A stretch of DNA of 53,058 nucleotides, from positions 1 through 53,058 of the forward strand of contig CABSMS010000001.1 in assembly GCA_902478885.1 (NCBI GenBank). The letters are read 5' to 3'. Of the stretch, positions 31,373 to 40,453 are shown piece after piece. Both the position numbers and the translations under genes were made by a program. Below the pieces are notes generated by a model, which saw only the letters and a program-made list of their open reading frames with translations, had not been told where the DNA came from and made no database searches. Source of the DNA: an uncultured Collinsella sp. GTDB taxonomy: Bacteria > Actinomycetota > Coriobacteriia > Coriobacteriales > Coriobacteriaceae. Numbering within the stretch: position 1 is the stretch's first letter; every line of letters starts with the position of its first letter.

Positions 31373-32221
31373 ATGGAGTATCTGAAGCTCAATAACGACG
31401 TAGAGATGCCCATCGAAGGTTTGGGCACCTTCCTCATGACCCCGGTCGAGGCCGAGGCGGCCGCAACCGCCGCGCTCGCGGCTGGCTACGAGCACATCGA
31501 CACCGCCAACGCCTACATGAACGAGCGCGCCGTGGGCCGTGCCATCGCCAAGAGCGGCATCGCGCGCGACAAGATCTTCGTCTCCACCAAGCTCTGGCCG
31601 AGCGTCTACGACGCAGGCATGCCGGCGGTGGACGCCACGCTCCAGCGCCTGGGGCTCGACTACGTCGACATGCTCATCCTGCACCAGCCGGTAGGCGACT
31701 ACCTGGCCGCGTGGCGCACGATGGAGGAGGCGTACCGCGCGGGCAAGGTGCGCGCCCTCGGCCTCTCCAACTTCCCGCAAGACAAGATCACCGAGGTCAT
31801 CGAGGTCGCCGACATCATGCCGCAGCTCGTGACCGTTGAGTGCCACCCCTATCACGCCCAGCGCGACCTGCGCGCCTACCTCGCGCCGTACGGCACGGTG
31901 ATCGAGGCGTGGTACCCGCTCGGCCACGGCGACAAAGGTCTTCTGGAGGAGCCCATCTTCGTCGCTCTCGCCGAGAAGTACGGCAAGACCCCGGCCCAGG
32001 TGATCCTGCGCTGGCACGTGCAGATGGGCACCTCCATCATCCCCGGCTCCAAGAACCCCGCCCACATCGCCGACAACGCGAACATCTTCGACTTCTCCCT
32101 CACCGAAGACGAGATGGCCGAGATTGCCAAGCTCGACGGGACCATGACCTACTACACCGCCACTGAGGAAGCACTCGCGGGCTACCTGGCCATACGCCCC
32201 GATTTCAACGCGCAGGAGTAG
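31373..32221 (+). CDS. Aldo/keto reductase
   Basis: GLGT, HIDTANAY, TKLW, ILRW, IPGS. Confidence 0.93.
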   Translation: MEYLKLNNDVEMPIEGLGTFLMTPVEAEAAATAALAAGYEHIDTANAYMNERAVGRAIAKSGIARDKIFVSTKLWPSVYDAGMPAVDATLQRLGLDYVDMLILHQPVGDYLAAWRTMEEAYRAGKVRALGLSNFPQDKITEVIEVADIMPQLVTVECHPYHAQRDLRAYLAPYGTVIEAWYPLGHGDKGLLEEPIFVALAEKYGKTPAQVILRWHVQMGTSIIPGSKNPAHIADNANIFDFSLTEDEMAEIAKLDGTMTYYTATEEALAGYLAIRPDFNAQE

Positions 32222-32224
32222 CGC

Positions 32225-32410
32225 TCAGACGATAACGGACCAACCAAGCCGCCGCCGAGGACCAGTCGGCTGTCGAGGACGAGCCCGCCGCAGTGCCCGC
32301 TGCAGACGGCAACGTCCTCGTGGCCTGCTACTCGGCACAGGGCCACACCGCTGTCGTAGCTCAGGCCATCGCCGACGAGCTCGGCGCCGATCTCTTTGAG
32401 GTGACGCCTA
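32225..32410 (+). pseudogene. Internal fragment of a flavodoxin
   Basis: Manual translation ...DGNVLVACYSAQGHTAVVAQAIADELGADLFEVTP; no start, truncated. Confidence 0.65.
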
Positions 32411-32532
32411 GAACCCGCGGGTTATAACCCCGTGCGCACCCCAGCGTTATAGAACCCTCACCAACGGAAACTTCCGCCGGTACGGCGCCCCTCGTATGGT
32501 GGATACGTCAAGTTGCGAGGAAGGAAGGTACC

Positions 32533-33384
32533 ATGGACTACATCACCTTGAACAACGGCGTCAGGATGCCGCAGCTCGGCTTCGGCGTGTACCAGATCCC
32601 GGACGCCACGGAATGCCAGCGCGCCGTAGAGGACGCGCTCTCGGTCGGCTACCGGCTGCTCGACACGGCTGCGAGCTACGGCAACGAAGAGGCGGTCGGG
32701 GCCGCCATTCGTGCGAGCGGTCTGCCGCGCGACGAGGTGTTCGTGACGACCAAGCTGTGGATGTCGGATGTGAGCTACGAGGGGGCCAAGCGCGGCTTCG
32801 ACGCGTCGCTCAAGCGGCTGGGGCTCGACTACGTCGACCTCTACCTCATCCATCAGCCGTTCGGCGACGTCTTCGGCGCGTGGCGCGCCATGGAGGAGCT
32901 CTACGAGCAGGGCGTTATCCGCGCCATAGGCACAGCTAACTTCTACCCCGATCACCTCGCAAACCTCATCTCGTTCAACCGCATCGCCCCCGCCGTGAAC
33001 CAAGTCGAGTGCAACGTGTTCTTCCAGCAGCGCGAGGCGCAGGAGTACATGGCCGGCAAGGAGGTGGCCATGGAGGGCTGGGCGCCCTTTGCGGAGGGCA
33101 GAAACGACCTCTTCCGCAACGAGGTCCTCGCTCGCATCGGCGAGGCGCACGGCAAGACGGTCGCTCAGGTCGTGTTGCGCTGGCTGCTGCAGCGCGGTGT
33201 GGTCTGTATCCCTAAGAGCACGCACCGCGATCGCATGGAGCAAAACTTCGACGTCTTCGACTTCGCGCTGGGCGACGACGAGATGGTCGCCATCGCCGCG
33301 CTCGACACCGGGCGCAGCGCGTTCTTCGACCACCACGACCCCGCCACCATCGAATGGATGTCCGGGCTCGTGCGCAACGTGTAG
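32533..33384 (+). CDS. Aldo/keto reductase (2,5-DKG reductase-like)
   Basis: [32 protein letters not shown]. Confidence 0.93.
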   Translation: MDYITLNNGVRMPQLGFGVYQIPDATECQRAVEDALSVGYRLLDTAASYGNEEAVGAAIRASGLPRDEVFVTTKLWMSDVSYEGAKRGFDASLKRLGLDYVDLYLIHQPFGDVFGAWRAMEELYEQGVIRAIGTANFYPDHLANLISFNRIAPAVNQVECNVFFQQREAQEYMAGKEVAMEGWAPFAEGRNDLFRNEVLARIGEAHGKTVAQVVLRWLLQRGVVCIPKSTHRDRMEQNFDVFDFALGDDEMVAIAALDTGRSAFFDHHDPATIEWMSGLVRNV

Positions 33385-33428
33385 ACGAGCGGTCAGACCG
33401 CACTGATAACTTACTAGGAGGAATTGCC

Positions 33429-34592
33429 ATGAACTCATTCACGTACGACTACCCGGTCAGGAACTACTTCGGCGAAGGGGCCATGGACCAGGCACTCGAC
33501 GCCGAGATGGGTGCCATGGGCAAGACAGTGATGCTCGCCTACGGCGGAGGTTCGGTCAAGCGAACCGGCGTCTACGGCCACGTGGTCGATAAGCTCACGA
33601 GCGCGGGCAAGCGCGTGGTGGACTTCGGCGGCATCATGCCCAACCCGACCTACGAGAAGTGCCAGGAAGGCGCCGCGCTCGCACGCGAGGAGCAGGTCGA
33701 CTTCATTCTCGCCGTCGGCGGCGGGTCGGTCTTCGACTGCTGCAAGGTGGTCTCCGCGCAGGCGATGCTTGACGAGGACATCGAGACGTTCGAGCACGTC
33801 GACGGCAAGATGCCGAGCTCGTTCATCCCCATGGGCTGCATCGTGACGCTCTCCGGCACGGGCGCCGAGCAGAACAACGGCGCCGTCATCACCAACGAGG
33901 AGACGCACGTGAAGGGCGCCTATCTGGGGGCGATGCCCATGTGGGCGGCGCTCGACCCGGCGCTCACGCTCACCGTACCGCACGCGCAGTTCATGAGCGG
34001 CGCGTTCGACACGCTCTCGCACTGCATGGAGAGCTATTTCGGAAGCCCGCGCGGACGCAACGTCACCGACGACATCAACCTCGCCATCCAGCGTAACGTC
34101 ATCCGCAACATGCGGATCATCGCGGACGACGACCAGAACCTCGAGGCGCTCAGCGAGCTCGTATACGACTCCGCTATGGCCGAGAACGGCGTGCTCAAGA
34201 TCGGCAAGTCAACGGACTTCCAGGCGCACATGATCCAGCACCAGTACGGCGCGTACACCCACACCAACCACGGGATGGGCCTCGCGGTCATCCACCCTGC
34301 GCTCTACCGCCACCTGGCCCCCGAGGCGCCCGCGCAGTTCGCCCGCTGGGCGCGCGAGGTGTGGGGCGTCGACGCCAAGGGCAAAGACGACCTTACGGTG
34401 GCGCTCGAGGGCATCGACCGCCTGCAGACGTTCATCGGCAAGATGGGGCTTCCCACGAGCTTCGCCGAGATGGGCTCCGACGCGTCCGACGAGACGCTGC
34501 ACAAGGTTGCGGACACCTGCGTGCTCACCGGCGGCTGCGCCAAGAAACTGGAGCGCAGCGAGGTGTTCCAGATTCTGACCGAGTGCCTCTAG
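33429..34592 (+). CDS. Iron-containing alcohol dehydrogenase (Bdh/YqhD-like)
   Basis: YGGGS, PNP, AVGGGSVFD, DTLSHCME, HMIQH, HGMGL. Confidence 0.9.
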   Translation: MNSFTYDYPVRNYFGEGAMDQALDAEMGAMGKTVMLAYGGGSVKRTGVYGHVVDKLTSAGKRVVDFGGIMPNPTYEKCQEGAALAREEQVDFILAVGGGSVFDCCKVVSAQAMLDEDIETFEHVDGKMPSSFIPMGCIVTLSGTGAEQNNGAVITNEETHVKGAYLGAMPMWAALDPALTLTVPHAQFMSGAFDTLSHCMESYFGSPRGRNVTDDINLAIQRNVIRNMRIIADDDQNLEALSELVYDSAMAENGVLKIGKSTDFQAHMIQHQYGAYTHTNHGMGLAVIHPALYRHLAPEAPAQFARWAREVWGVDAKGKDDLTVALEGIDRLQTFIGKMGLPTSFAEMGSDASDETLHKVADTCVLTGGCAKKLERSEVFQILTECL

Positions 34593-34617
34593 ATCGGCGG
34601 TGGGTGATCCGCCCGCG

Positions 34618-35183
34618 CCGAAGGAAACCGTACGACTCCGAGATGTCATCGTAATCGTAGGACCCGGCGAGCCCGCCGCGCCCGATGAATCCGTCGAAGT
34701 CGTCGTCGACGGCCCCCTGCTCGTCAAAGTAGAAGCGGTATTCGCCGAAGCTGAAGGGGAGGATGTGTACCTCCCCGTGGCGCCCTGTGAACAGGGTCGC
34801 CAGGTCCGAACTCAGGAGGAACGCGTTCGATCCCGTGAGGTAGATATCCCATCCGCTACGCGCGTGAATGCTGTTAATTGCTTTCTCGAACCCCTCACAC
34901 AGCTGCACCTCGTCGATGAAGAGACGGTTGCGGGCGCCCTCTTTGTGCCGCTCTATGATTTCGCGATGCAGCGCTGGTACTCGAGCAGTAGCTCGTTGTC
35001 GAGGTCCAGCAGATCGATGTAGACGTTGTTGGAGGATGGGTCCTTCCGAGCAACGGAGGTGGAGAACGCCTTCATGAGCTCGGACTTGCTGGAGCGGCGC
35101 ATCCCCGTGATCACCTTGATGTCCCAGGTGCCCTCGAGCGCCCAAAGCCGCTCCATGTACGTAGTGCGGTCCACCCATGCCAT
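34618..35183 (-). pseudogene. Frameshifted, 3'-truncated AAA_14/DUF4143-type ATPase
   Basis: Degenerate Walker A (GMRRSSKS) in one frame, FIDEVQ/LTGSN/TGR in another; ends near the adh stop. Confidence 0.8.
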
Positions 35184-35194
35184 CATCCGCTCCC

Positions 35195-35239
35195 TCTCGG
35201 TTTCGAAACTCGAATATTTCTAAAGTTTCGAAACCGAGA
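35195..35239. promoter_or_regulatory. Perfect 16-bp inverted repeat, operator-like
   Basis: tctcggtttcgaaact-N13-agtttcgaaaccgaga. Confidence 0.65.
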
Positions 35240-35337
35240 AGACAATATACACAAGGGCGCGTCGGGGAGCGAATCCCAGTCGCGCCATGTCGGCAGCGAT
35301 GCCGGGCGCATTCACGCGTGCTACAATGCGGACATCA

Positions 35338-35421
35338 GAGATGAAAACACAGTCCCCGTCGGGTAGTCGTGGGCGTGCGGGAGTCCGCATCAGTAACCTG
35401 CCTCCTTGGTTGTCCCTTCTC
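35338..35421 (+). ncRNA. yjdF riboswitch-like RNA, copy 2
   Basis: Same motif as copy 1; preceded by TGcTACAAT; ctgcatggt/accatgcag hairpin covers the start codon. Confidence 0.8.
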
Positions 35422-35454
35422 TGCATGGTCATCTACATAAAGGAGGAACCAACC

Positions 35455-35874
35455 ATGCAGATCAGCGTGTCGTCCACCCTGACCGTATATCACGACGGCC
35501 AATTCTGGGTCGGGCTGGCGGAGCATGTCGAGGACGGCAGATACGGCGTCGCCCGCATCGTCTTCGGCGCAGAACCGTCCGATGAGGAGATTCAGAAATT
35601 CGTTACAAGCAAATGGGAGAAGTTCTCATTCTTCGGTGGCGAACCGGCTGAGGCAAGCAAGCCCGCGAAGAACCCCAAGCGGCGCGCTCGCGAGGCGGCG
35701 AAAACCCTTAAGCGGCCCGCGGTGAGCACCAAGGCGCAGCAGGCTCTCGCGGCACAGCGGGAAGCGATGAAGCGGGAGTCGGCTCAAGCGAGAAGCCAGC
35801 GTCGCGCGGATGAGGCGGAGGCGCGCTTCGAGCAGCGAAAGCTGAAGCGCAAGCAGAAGCATCGTGGGCACTGA
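35455..35874 (+). CDS. yjdF: YjdF/DUF2992 family protein
   Basis: FWVG, FGAEP, KNPKR, STKAQQAL, KHRGH C-terminus. Confidence 0.88.
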   Translation: MQISVSSTLTVYHDGQFWVGLAEHVEDGRYGVARIVFGAEPSDEEIQKFVTSKWEKFSFFGGEPAEASKPAKNPKRRAREAAKTLKRPAVSTKAQQALAAQREAMKRESAQARSQRRADEAEARFEQRKLKRKQKHRGH

Positions 35875-36082
35875 TCGCCATTTGCAGCAAGGCAAACCAT
35901 ATACAGCAGCGGCGCCAGTTCCACTTGAAGCCGACGCCGCGTAGACGCTAATGGTGACGGCTATGCACGGGCACGGTCGCGCCACCGCACTTCACAGCTT
36001 GTTTCTCAAGTATTTGGGACGCACACGCGGCGTTCAAAAATGCGGAGCGACTCCGCATGGCTCGAGACTGAGCCGAGGTGCC

Positions 36083-36532
36083 CTACTTCTCGCCCTCCAG
36101 CAGCCCCACGATGCGGTCGATGTCGACGGCAAAGCGAGGCCTTCCCTCGCGCTCGTAGCGGTCGAGGTATGCCTGGCACTCGGAGACAATGCGCTTGGTG
36201 TTGCTGTCGATGATGCGCTGGAGCGTCTCGTAGTAGGCCGAGCCCTCGGTCCTAAAGCGGCGCTGGTAGGCCTTGGTTATGGGGAACATCTTGATGTAGT
36301 GGATGCCGTGGCGGCAGCCGGGGCGCGTCGTGGGGCGGGGTGGCAGTGCAAAGTATTGGTCTTTGGGCACGTTTGGGGCGATGTTGGAACGCAGCGGCAC
36401 GGCGAAGTCCCTGCGCTTTCCGCGGAAACGCAGCCTCACCACCACGATGCAGGGGCGATTGTGCTTAAGCATGAGCTCACGGTCGCCATCGACGAGGTCG
36501 AAGAAGTCCTGGGAGATGGATACGATCTTCAT
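36083..36532 (-). CDS. ToxN/TenpN-like type III toxin (endoribonuclease)
   Basis: 149 aa; RPCIVV...FAVPLRS...GIHYIKMFPI resembles the ToxN/AbiQ/TenpN pattern; structured leader upstream. Confidence 0.7.
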   Translation of the reverse strand: MKIVSISQDFFDLVDGDRELMLKHNRPCIVVVRLRFRGKRRDFAVPLRSNIAPNVPKDQYFALPPRPTTRPGCRHGIHYIKMFPITKAYQRRFRTEGSAYYETLQRIIDSNTKRIVSECQAYLDRYEREGRPRFAVDIDRIVGLLEGEK

Positions 36533-36557
36533 CGGTTACGCCCCCTTCATACGAAGC

Positions 36558-36581
36558 GGGGCCCGCATCGCTGCAGGCCCC
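36558..36581 (-). terminator. 10-bp GC hairpin with GCGA loop between the RNA leader and toxin
   Basis: ggggcctgca-gcga-tgcgggcccc; weak U-tract. Confidence 0.65.
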
Positions 36582-36586
36582 TACAG

Positions 36587-36678
36587 GTGGGCGATATTCT
36601 ACGCCTTGCGGCACCCCGTCGCCCACGGAGGTTAAACGTACACGTAAGCCGTACTCTGAAAGCCGCGGCTTCCGGCAA
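36587..36678 (-). ncRNA. Putative type III RNA antitoxin with two H-type pseudoknots
   Basis: Two CCG-N7-CGG stems whose loops pair with strands just after AGARTA; promoter TTGAAA-16bp-TAAACT at 36681-36708. Confidence 0.65.
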
Positions 36679-36797
36679 GTAGTTTATACCACGAAAGGTC
36701 GCTTTCAATGCGCATAGCTCGCAAAATAACACTCGCTGGGCCGGCACCCCTGGCAGTTACCCTCCGATCTTCATTGGAGTCAGCAGGTCAATTCATA

Positions 36798-36848
36798 TAG
36801 TTATGGGGGTGTATCCTAAAGGGAATCAAATTAATACCCCCATAACTA
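36798..36848 (-). terminator. Hairpin immediately downstream of guaA
   Basis: tagttatgggggt...acccccataacta. Confidence 0.6.
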
Positions 36849-36857
36849 AGGAATTTA

Positions 36858-38456
36858 CTATTCCCACTCGATGGTCGCGGGCGGCTTGGACGTGATGTCG
36901 TAGCAGACGCGGTTGGCGCCGGGGACCTCGGCAACGATGCGGCCGGAGATGCGGGCAAGCACGTCGTAGGGCAGCTTGGCCCAGTCGGCGGTCATGGCAT
37001 CGCTGGACTCAACGGCACGCAGGATGATCGGGCGCTGGTAGGTGCGCTCGTCGCCCATAACGCCAACGGACTTGATGTCGGGCAGAACCGCAAAGTACTG
37101 CCAGCAGCTGTGCTCGGAGTTGCGCTCACCGGTCTGCTCAAACAGACGCTGGTTGTAGGCGTCGAGCTCCTCACGCACGATGGCATCGGCGTTCTTGAGG
37201 ATCTCGAGCTTCTCCTTATCGACCGCGCCGATGATACGGATAGCAAGACCCGGGCCCGGGAAAGGCTGGCGGAACACGATGTGACCCGGCAGGCCCAGCG
37301 CCAGACCAAGCGCGCGAACCTCGTCCTTAAAAAAGTGATCGAGCGGCTCAATGAGGTCGAAGTGCACGCCCTCGGGGAACGGGATCAGGTTGTGGTGGCT
37401 CTTGATGGTGGCCGTCTTGCCGCCCGTCTTACGAGCGCCGGACTCGATGATGTCGGGGTAGATGGTGCCCTGAGCCAGGTACTTGACCGGCTTGCCATCG
37501 GTCTCGAGCTGCTGCGCCACGGCGAAGAACTCTTTCCAGAACTGCGTACCGATGATGCGACGTTTCTCCTCGGGCTCGGTCACACCGGCCAGAAGCTCGG
37601 CATAGCGGTCCTCGGCGTGGACGTGGATAAAGTCGACGTCAAACTGCTTGGTGAAGACCTCCTCCACCTGCTCGGGCTCGCCCTTGCGCAGCAGGCCGTG
37701 GTTGATGAACACGCAGGTCATCTGCTTGCCCACGGCGCGAGCACCCAGCGCAGCCACGACGGAGGAGTCGACGCCACCGGACAGGGCCAGAATCACGCGG
37801 TCGTCGCCGACCTTCTCGCGGAACTCGGCCGTCATGGTCTCGACCAGGTTGTCCATGCTCCAGTTGGGCTCCAGGCCGCAGATCTCAAACAGGAAGTTGC
37901 TCAGCAGCTGCTGACCATACTCGGAGTGCTTGACCTCGGGGTGGAACTGCGTGGTGAAAATCTTGCGCTCGACGCACTCCATGGCGGCAACCGGGCACAC
38001 GTCAGTGCTGGCGGTAACGGTAAAGCCCTCGGGCACCTCGGAAACGGCGTCGCGGTGGCTCATCCACACGGTCTGCTCCATGGGCGTGGAGTTAAAGAGC
38101 TTGGCGCCGGCCGTGCGCGTGATGGTGGCGCGGCCGTACTCGCCCACCTCGGAGTGGCCGACCTTGCCGCCGAGCGTCACGGCCGTGATCTGATGGCCGT
38201 AGCAGAAGCCCAGGACGGGAAGGCCCAGGTCAAAGATGGCGGGATCTATAGACGGAGCGTCCTCGGCATACACGGAAGCCGGACCGCCGGAAAGGATGAG
38301 CGCAGAGGCGTTCATCTCGCGAATCTCGTCGGCCGAGATGTCGCAGGGGACAATCTCGGAATACACGTTGAGGTCGCGGACGCGACGGGCAATGAGCTGA
38401 CCGTACTGCGCACCAAAGTCGAGTACGAGGACCTTTGCGGAAGCCTTTTGATCCAT
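36858..38456 (-). CDS. guaA: GMP synthase (glutamine-hydrolysing)
   Basis: DFGAQY, GFCYG, QFHPE, SGGVDS, IKSHHN, KPPATIEWE. Confidence 0.98.
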   Translation of the reverse strand: MDQKASAKVLVLDFGAQYGQLIARRVRDLNVYSEIVPCDISADEIREMNASALILSGGPASVYAEDAPSIDPAIFDLGLPVLGFCYGHQITAVTLGGKVGHSEVGEYGRATITRTAGAKLFNSTPMEQTVWMSHRDAVSEVPEGFTVTASTDVCPVAAMECVERKIFTTQFHPEVKHSEYGQQLLSNFLFEICGLEPNWSMDNLVETMTAEFREKVGDDRVILALSGGVDSSVVAALGARAVGKQMTCVFINHGLLRKGEPEQVEEVFTKQFDVDFIHVHAEDRYAELLAGVTEPEEKRRIIGTQFWKEFFAVAQQLETDGKPVKYLAQGTIYPDIIESGARKTGGKTATIKSHHNLIPFPEGVHFDLIEPLDHFFKDEVRALGLALGLPGHIVFRQPFPGPGLAIRIIGAVDKEKLEILKNADAIVREELDAYNQRLFEQTGERNSEHSCWQYFAVLPDIKSVGVMGDERTYQRPIILRAVESSDAMTADWAKLPYDVLARISGRIVAEVPGANRVCYDITSKPPATIEWE

Positions 38457-38723
38457 GGTTCCCCCTCTTGTTGGCGGGGAGCCGGTGCCCACCCGCGTGA
38501 ATGAACGAAAATAGCCTTCATAGTGTACACGTTATATGGGGTTTCTCGCCCCTCGCAGCCATCAGCGCACGGCAAACGCACGACCTGGGCCCCTGTTTGA
38601 CGGCAATTGAAGTGTTTTCAAACGTTACAGATGATGTAATACGTTTGAACATTGGACGCCCTGTGCCACAATACTGCCGAACGACTCCGCCTCTGCGGCG
38701 GCAAATACGATAGGAATATCAGC

Positions 38724-39737
38724 ATGAAGCGCATCCTTCTCATCGCCACGGGCGGCACCATCGCATCGACCGAGGACGGCAACGGCCTCTCCCCCGCCCT
38801 GACCGGTGAGGAGCTCGCCCAGAGCGTCCCCGAGATCTCGGGCCTCTGCGAGCTCGACGTCGTGCAGCCCATGAACATCGACAGCACCAACATGCGCCCG
38901 AGTGACTGGATGCGTATCCGCGACGTCATCGTCGAGGGTTATGCCGACCACGACGGCTTCGTGATTCTGCACGGCACCGACACCATGAGCTACACCGCGG
39001 CAGCGCTTTCCTATCTGATTCAGGACAGTCCCAAGCCCATCGTACTCACCGGCTCGCAAAAGCCCATGGGCAACCCTTTTACTGACGCCAAACTCAATCT
39101 GTACCAGAGCCTGCTCTATGCGCTCGATGAGCATTCGCACGACGTCTCTATCGTGTTTGGCGGCGTCGCCATTGCCGGTACGCGCGCCCGCAAGCAGCGC
39201 ACCATGAGCTTTAACGCGTTCATTAGCGTCAACTATCCGCCCATTGCCTACATCCGCAACGACCGCATCGTGCGCAACGGGCTTCACGGCACGCATCAGG
39301 GCGAAAACCCGGTGCGTTTCTACGACAGCATCGACCCGCGCGTGTTTGTCCTTAAGCTGACGCCCGGCGTAAACCCGGGTATCCTTGACGCCCTTGCCGA
39401 TAGCTACGACGCCGTGATTCTGGAGACCTTTGGCATTGGCGGTATCCCCGAGTTTGGCGAGTCCGGCGAGTCATTCCAAGAGGCAATTTTCCGCTGGGTC
39501 AATTCGGGTCGCACCGTCGTTATGACCACACAGGTCCCCGAGGAGGGCCTCGATTTGGGTGTTTATGAGGTCGGCCGTGCCTACGCCGACCATCCGGGCA
39601 TTCTACGCGGCGACGATATGACAACCGAGACGCTCGTGGCCAAAACCATGTGGGCACTCGGCCAGTCACGTGATGCGGCAGAGATTCAACGCCTGTTCTA
39701 CAGCCAAGTCAACCACGACCGTATCCCGATGGCGTAA
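38724..39737 (+). CDS. ansA: L-asparaginase type I
   Basis: ATGGTIA, HGTDTM, TGSQ. Confidence 0.92.
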   Translation: MKRILLIATGGTIASTEDGNGLSPALTGEELAQSVPEISGLCELDVVQPMNIDSTNMRPSDWMRIRDVIVEGYADHDGFVILHGTDTMSYTAAALSYLIQDSPKPIVLTGSQKPMGNPFTDAKLNLYQSLLYALDEHSHDVSIVFGGVAIAGTRARKQRTMSFNAFISVNYPPIAYIRNDRIVRNGLHGTHQGENPVRFYDSIDPRVFVLKLTPGVNPGILDALADSYDAVILETFGIGGIPEFGESGESFQEAIFRWVNSGRTVVMTTQVPEEGLDLGVYEVGRAYADHPGILRGDDMTTETLVAKTMWALGQSRDAAEIQRLFYSQVNHDRIPMA

Positions 39738-39759
39738 TTCAGTTGTCGACGGGTATCCC

Positions 39760-39978
39760 CTATTCGATGCCCTCGAGAAGCTCTGACACCGTCATGCCGA
39801 GTGCGGGCGCGATCTTAAATAGAACCTTGAGCGTGAAATTTGCCGTCCCATCTTCGATTCGGTCGAGGTAGGGTCGGCTGATTCCTGTCGCCACACAAAA
39901 ATCAACCTTGGAGATACCAAGGTCCCTGCGTGTCTCTTCGACCCGCCTGCCAAGAATCTGTTTCGCACGTTCGTCCAT
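39760..39978 (-). CDS. XRE-family HTH protein
   Basis: GISRPYLDRIEDG..N.TL..L.KIA.ALG. Confidence 0.8.
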   Translation of the reverse strand: MDERAKQILGRRVEETRRDLGISKVDFCVATGISRPYLDRIEDGTANFTLKVLFKIAPALGMTVSELLEGIE

Positions 39979-40007
39979 GCAGCCGAGTTTGAAATGGAGC
40001 CGAACAT

Positions 40008-40031
40008 AAACGTAAACTATAGTTTACGTTT
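40008..40031. promoter_or_regulatory. Perfect 24-bp palindromic operator between divergent genes
   Basis: aaacgtaaactatagtttacgttt. Confidence 0.75.
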
Positions 40032-40054
40032 TGCCGAATACACAGGAGTTTTCT

Positions 40055-40444
40055 ATGTCGGGTTCTTCGGTCCGCATGCACCGAGCCACGCTTCGCACAA
40101 ACAGCGCACCGCCCAAGCTCGTCGTCGTTGAAGCAGAATGCCTTTCGCCCGATGAGCGCACAGCATTTGCATTGCTATCAAGTCGCGTCGTCGCCGTTCT
40201 GGTCCCTTGCCCGGCGCAAGGTGAACTTGCCATTCAATGCCAAACGCACGGCTGCTCGCTCAATCAGGTTGCCGTAATCGCAACCAGCCAACGCGGCCTG
40301 CCGCTCCTTTTAGAAGCCGGCATAGCACTCGCCCTTCGCGGCGCCGGATACGAAAACGAGGCCGCCGCCGATGTAGTCTTTCAACCACGATCGAGCGGCG
40401 GCCTCGCAGCAGCCATTGAATATGCGTGCAGGCTCGTTGCCTAA
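40055..40444 (+). CDS. Hypothetical protein with degenerate HAD-like C-terminus
   Basis: AAADVV...GG.AAAIE resembles the HAD/Cof tail; no DxD motif; start uncertain. Confidence 0.45.
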   Translation: MSGSSVRMHRATLRTNSAPPKLVVVEAECLSPDERTAFALLSSRVVAVLVPCPAQGELAIQCQTHGCSLNQVAVIATSQRGLPLLLEAGIALALRGAGYENEAAADVVFQPRSSGGLAAAIEYACRLVA

Positions 40445-40453
40445 AAGGACAAG

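Noticed and set aside
38460..38720. Purine riboswitch upstream of guaA
   Set aside because: No recognisable aptamer core seen by eye
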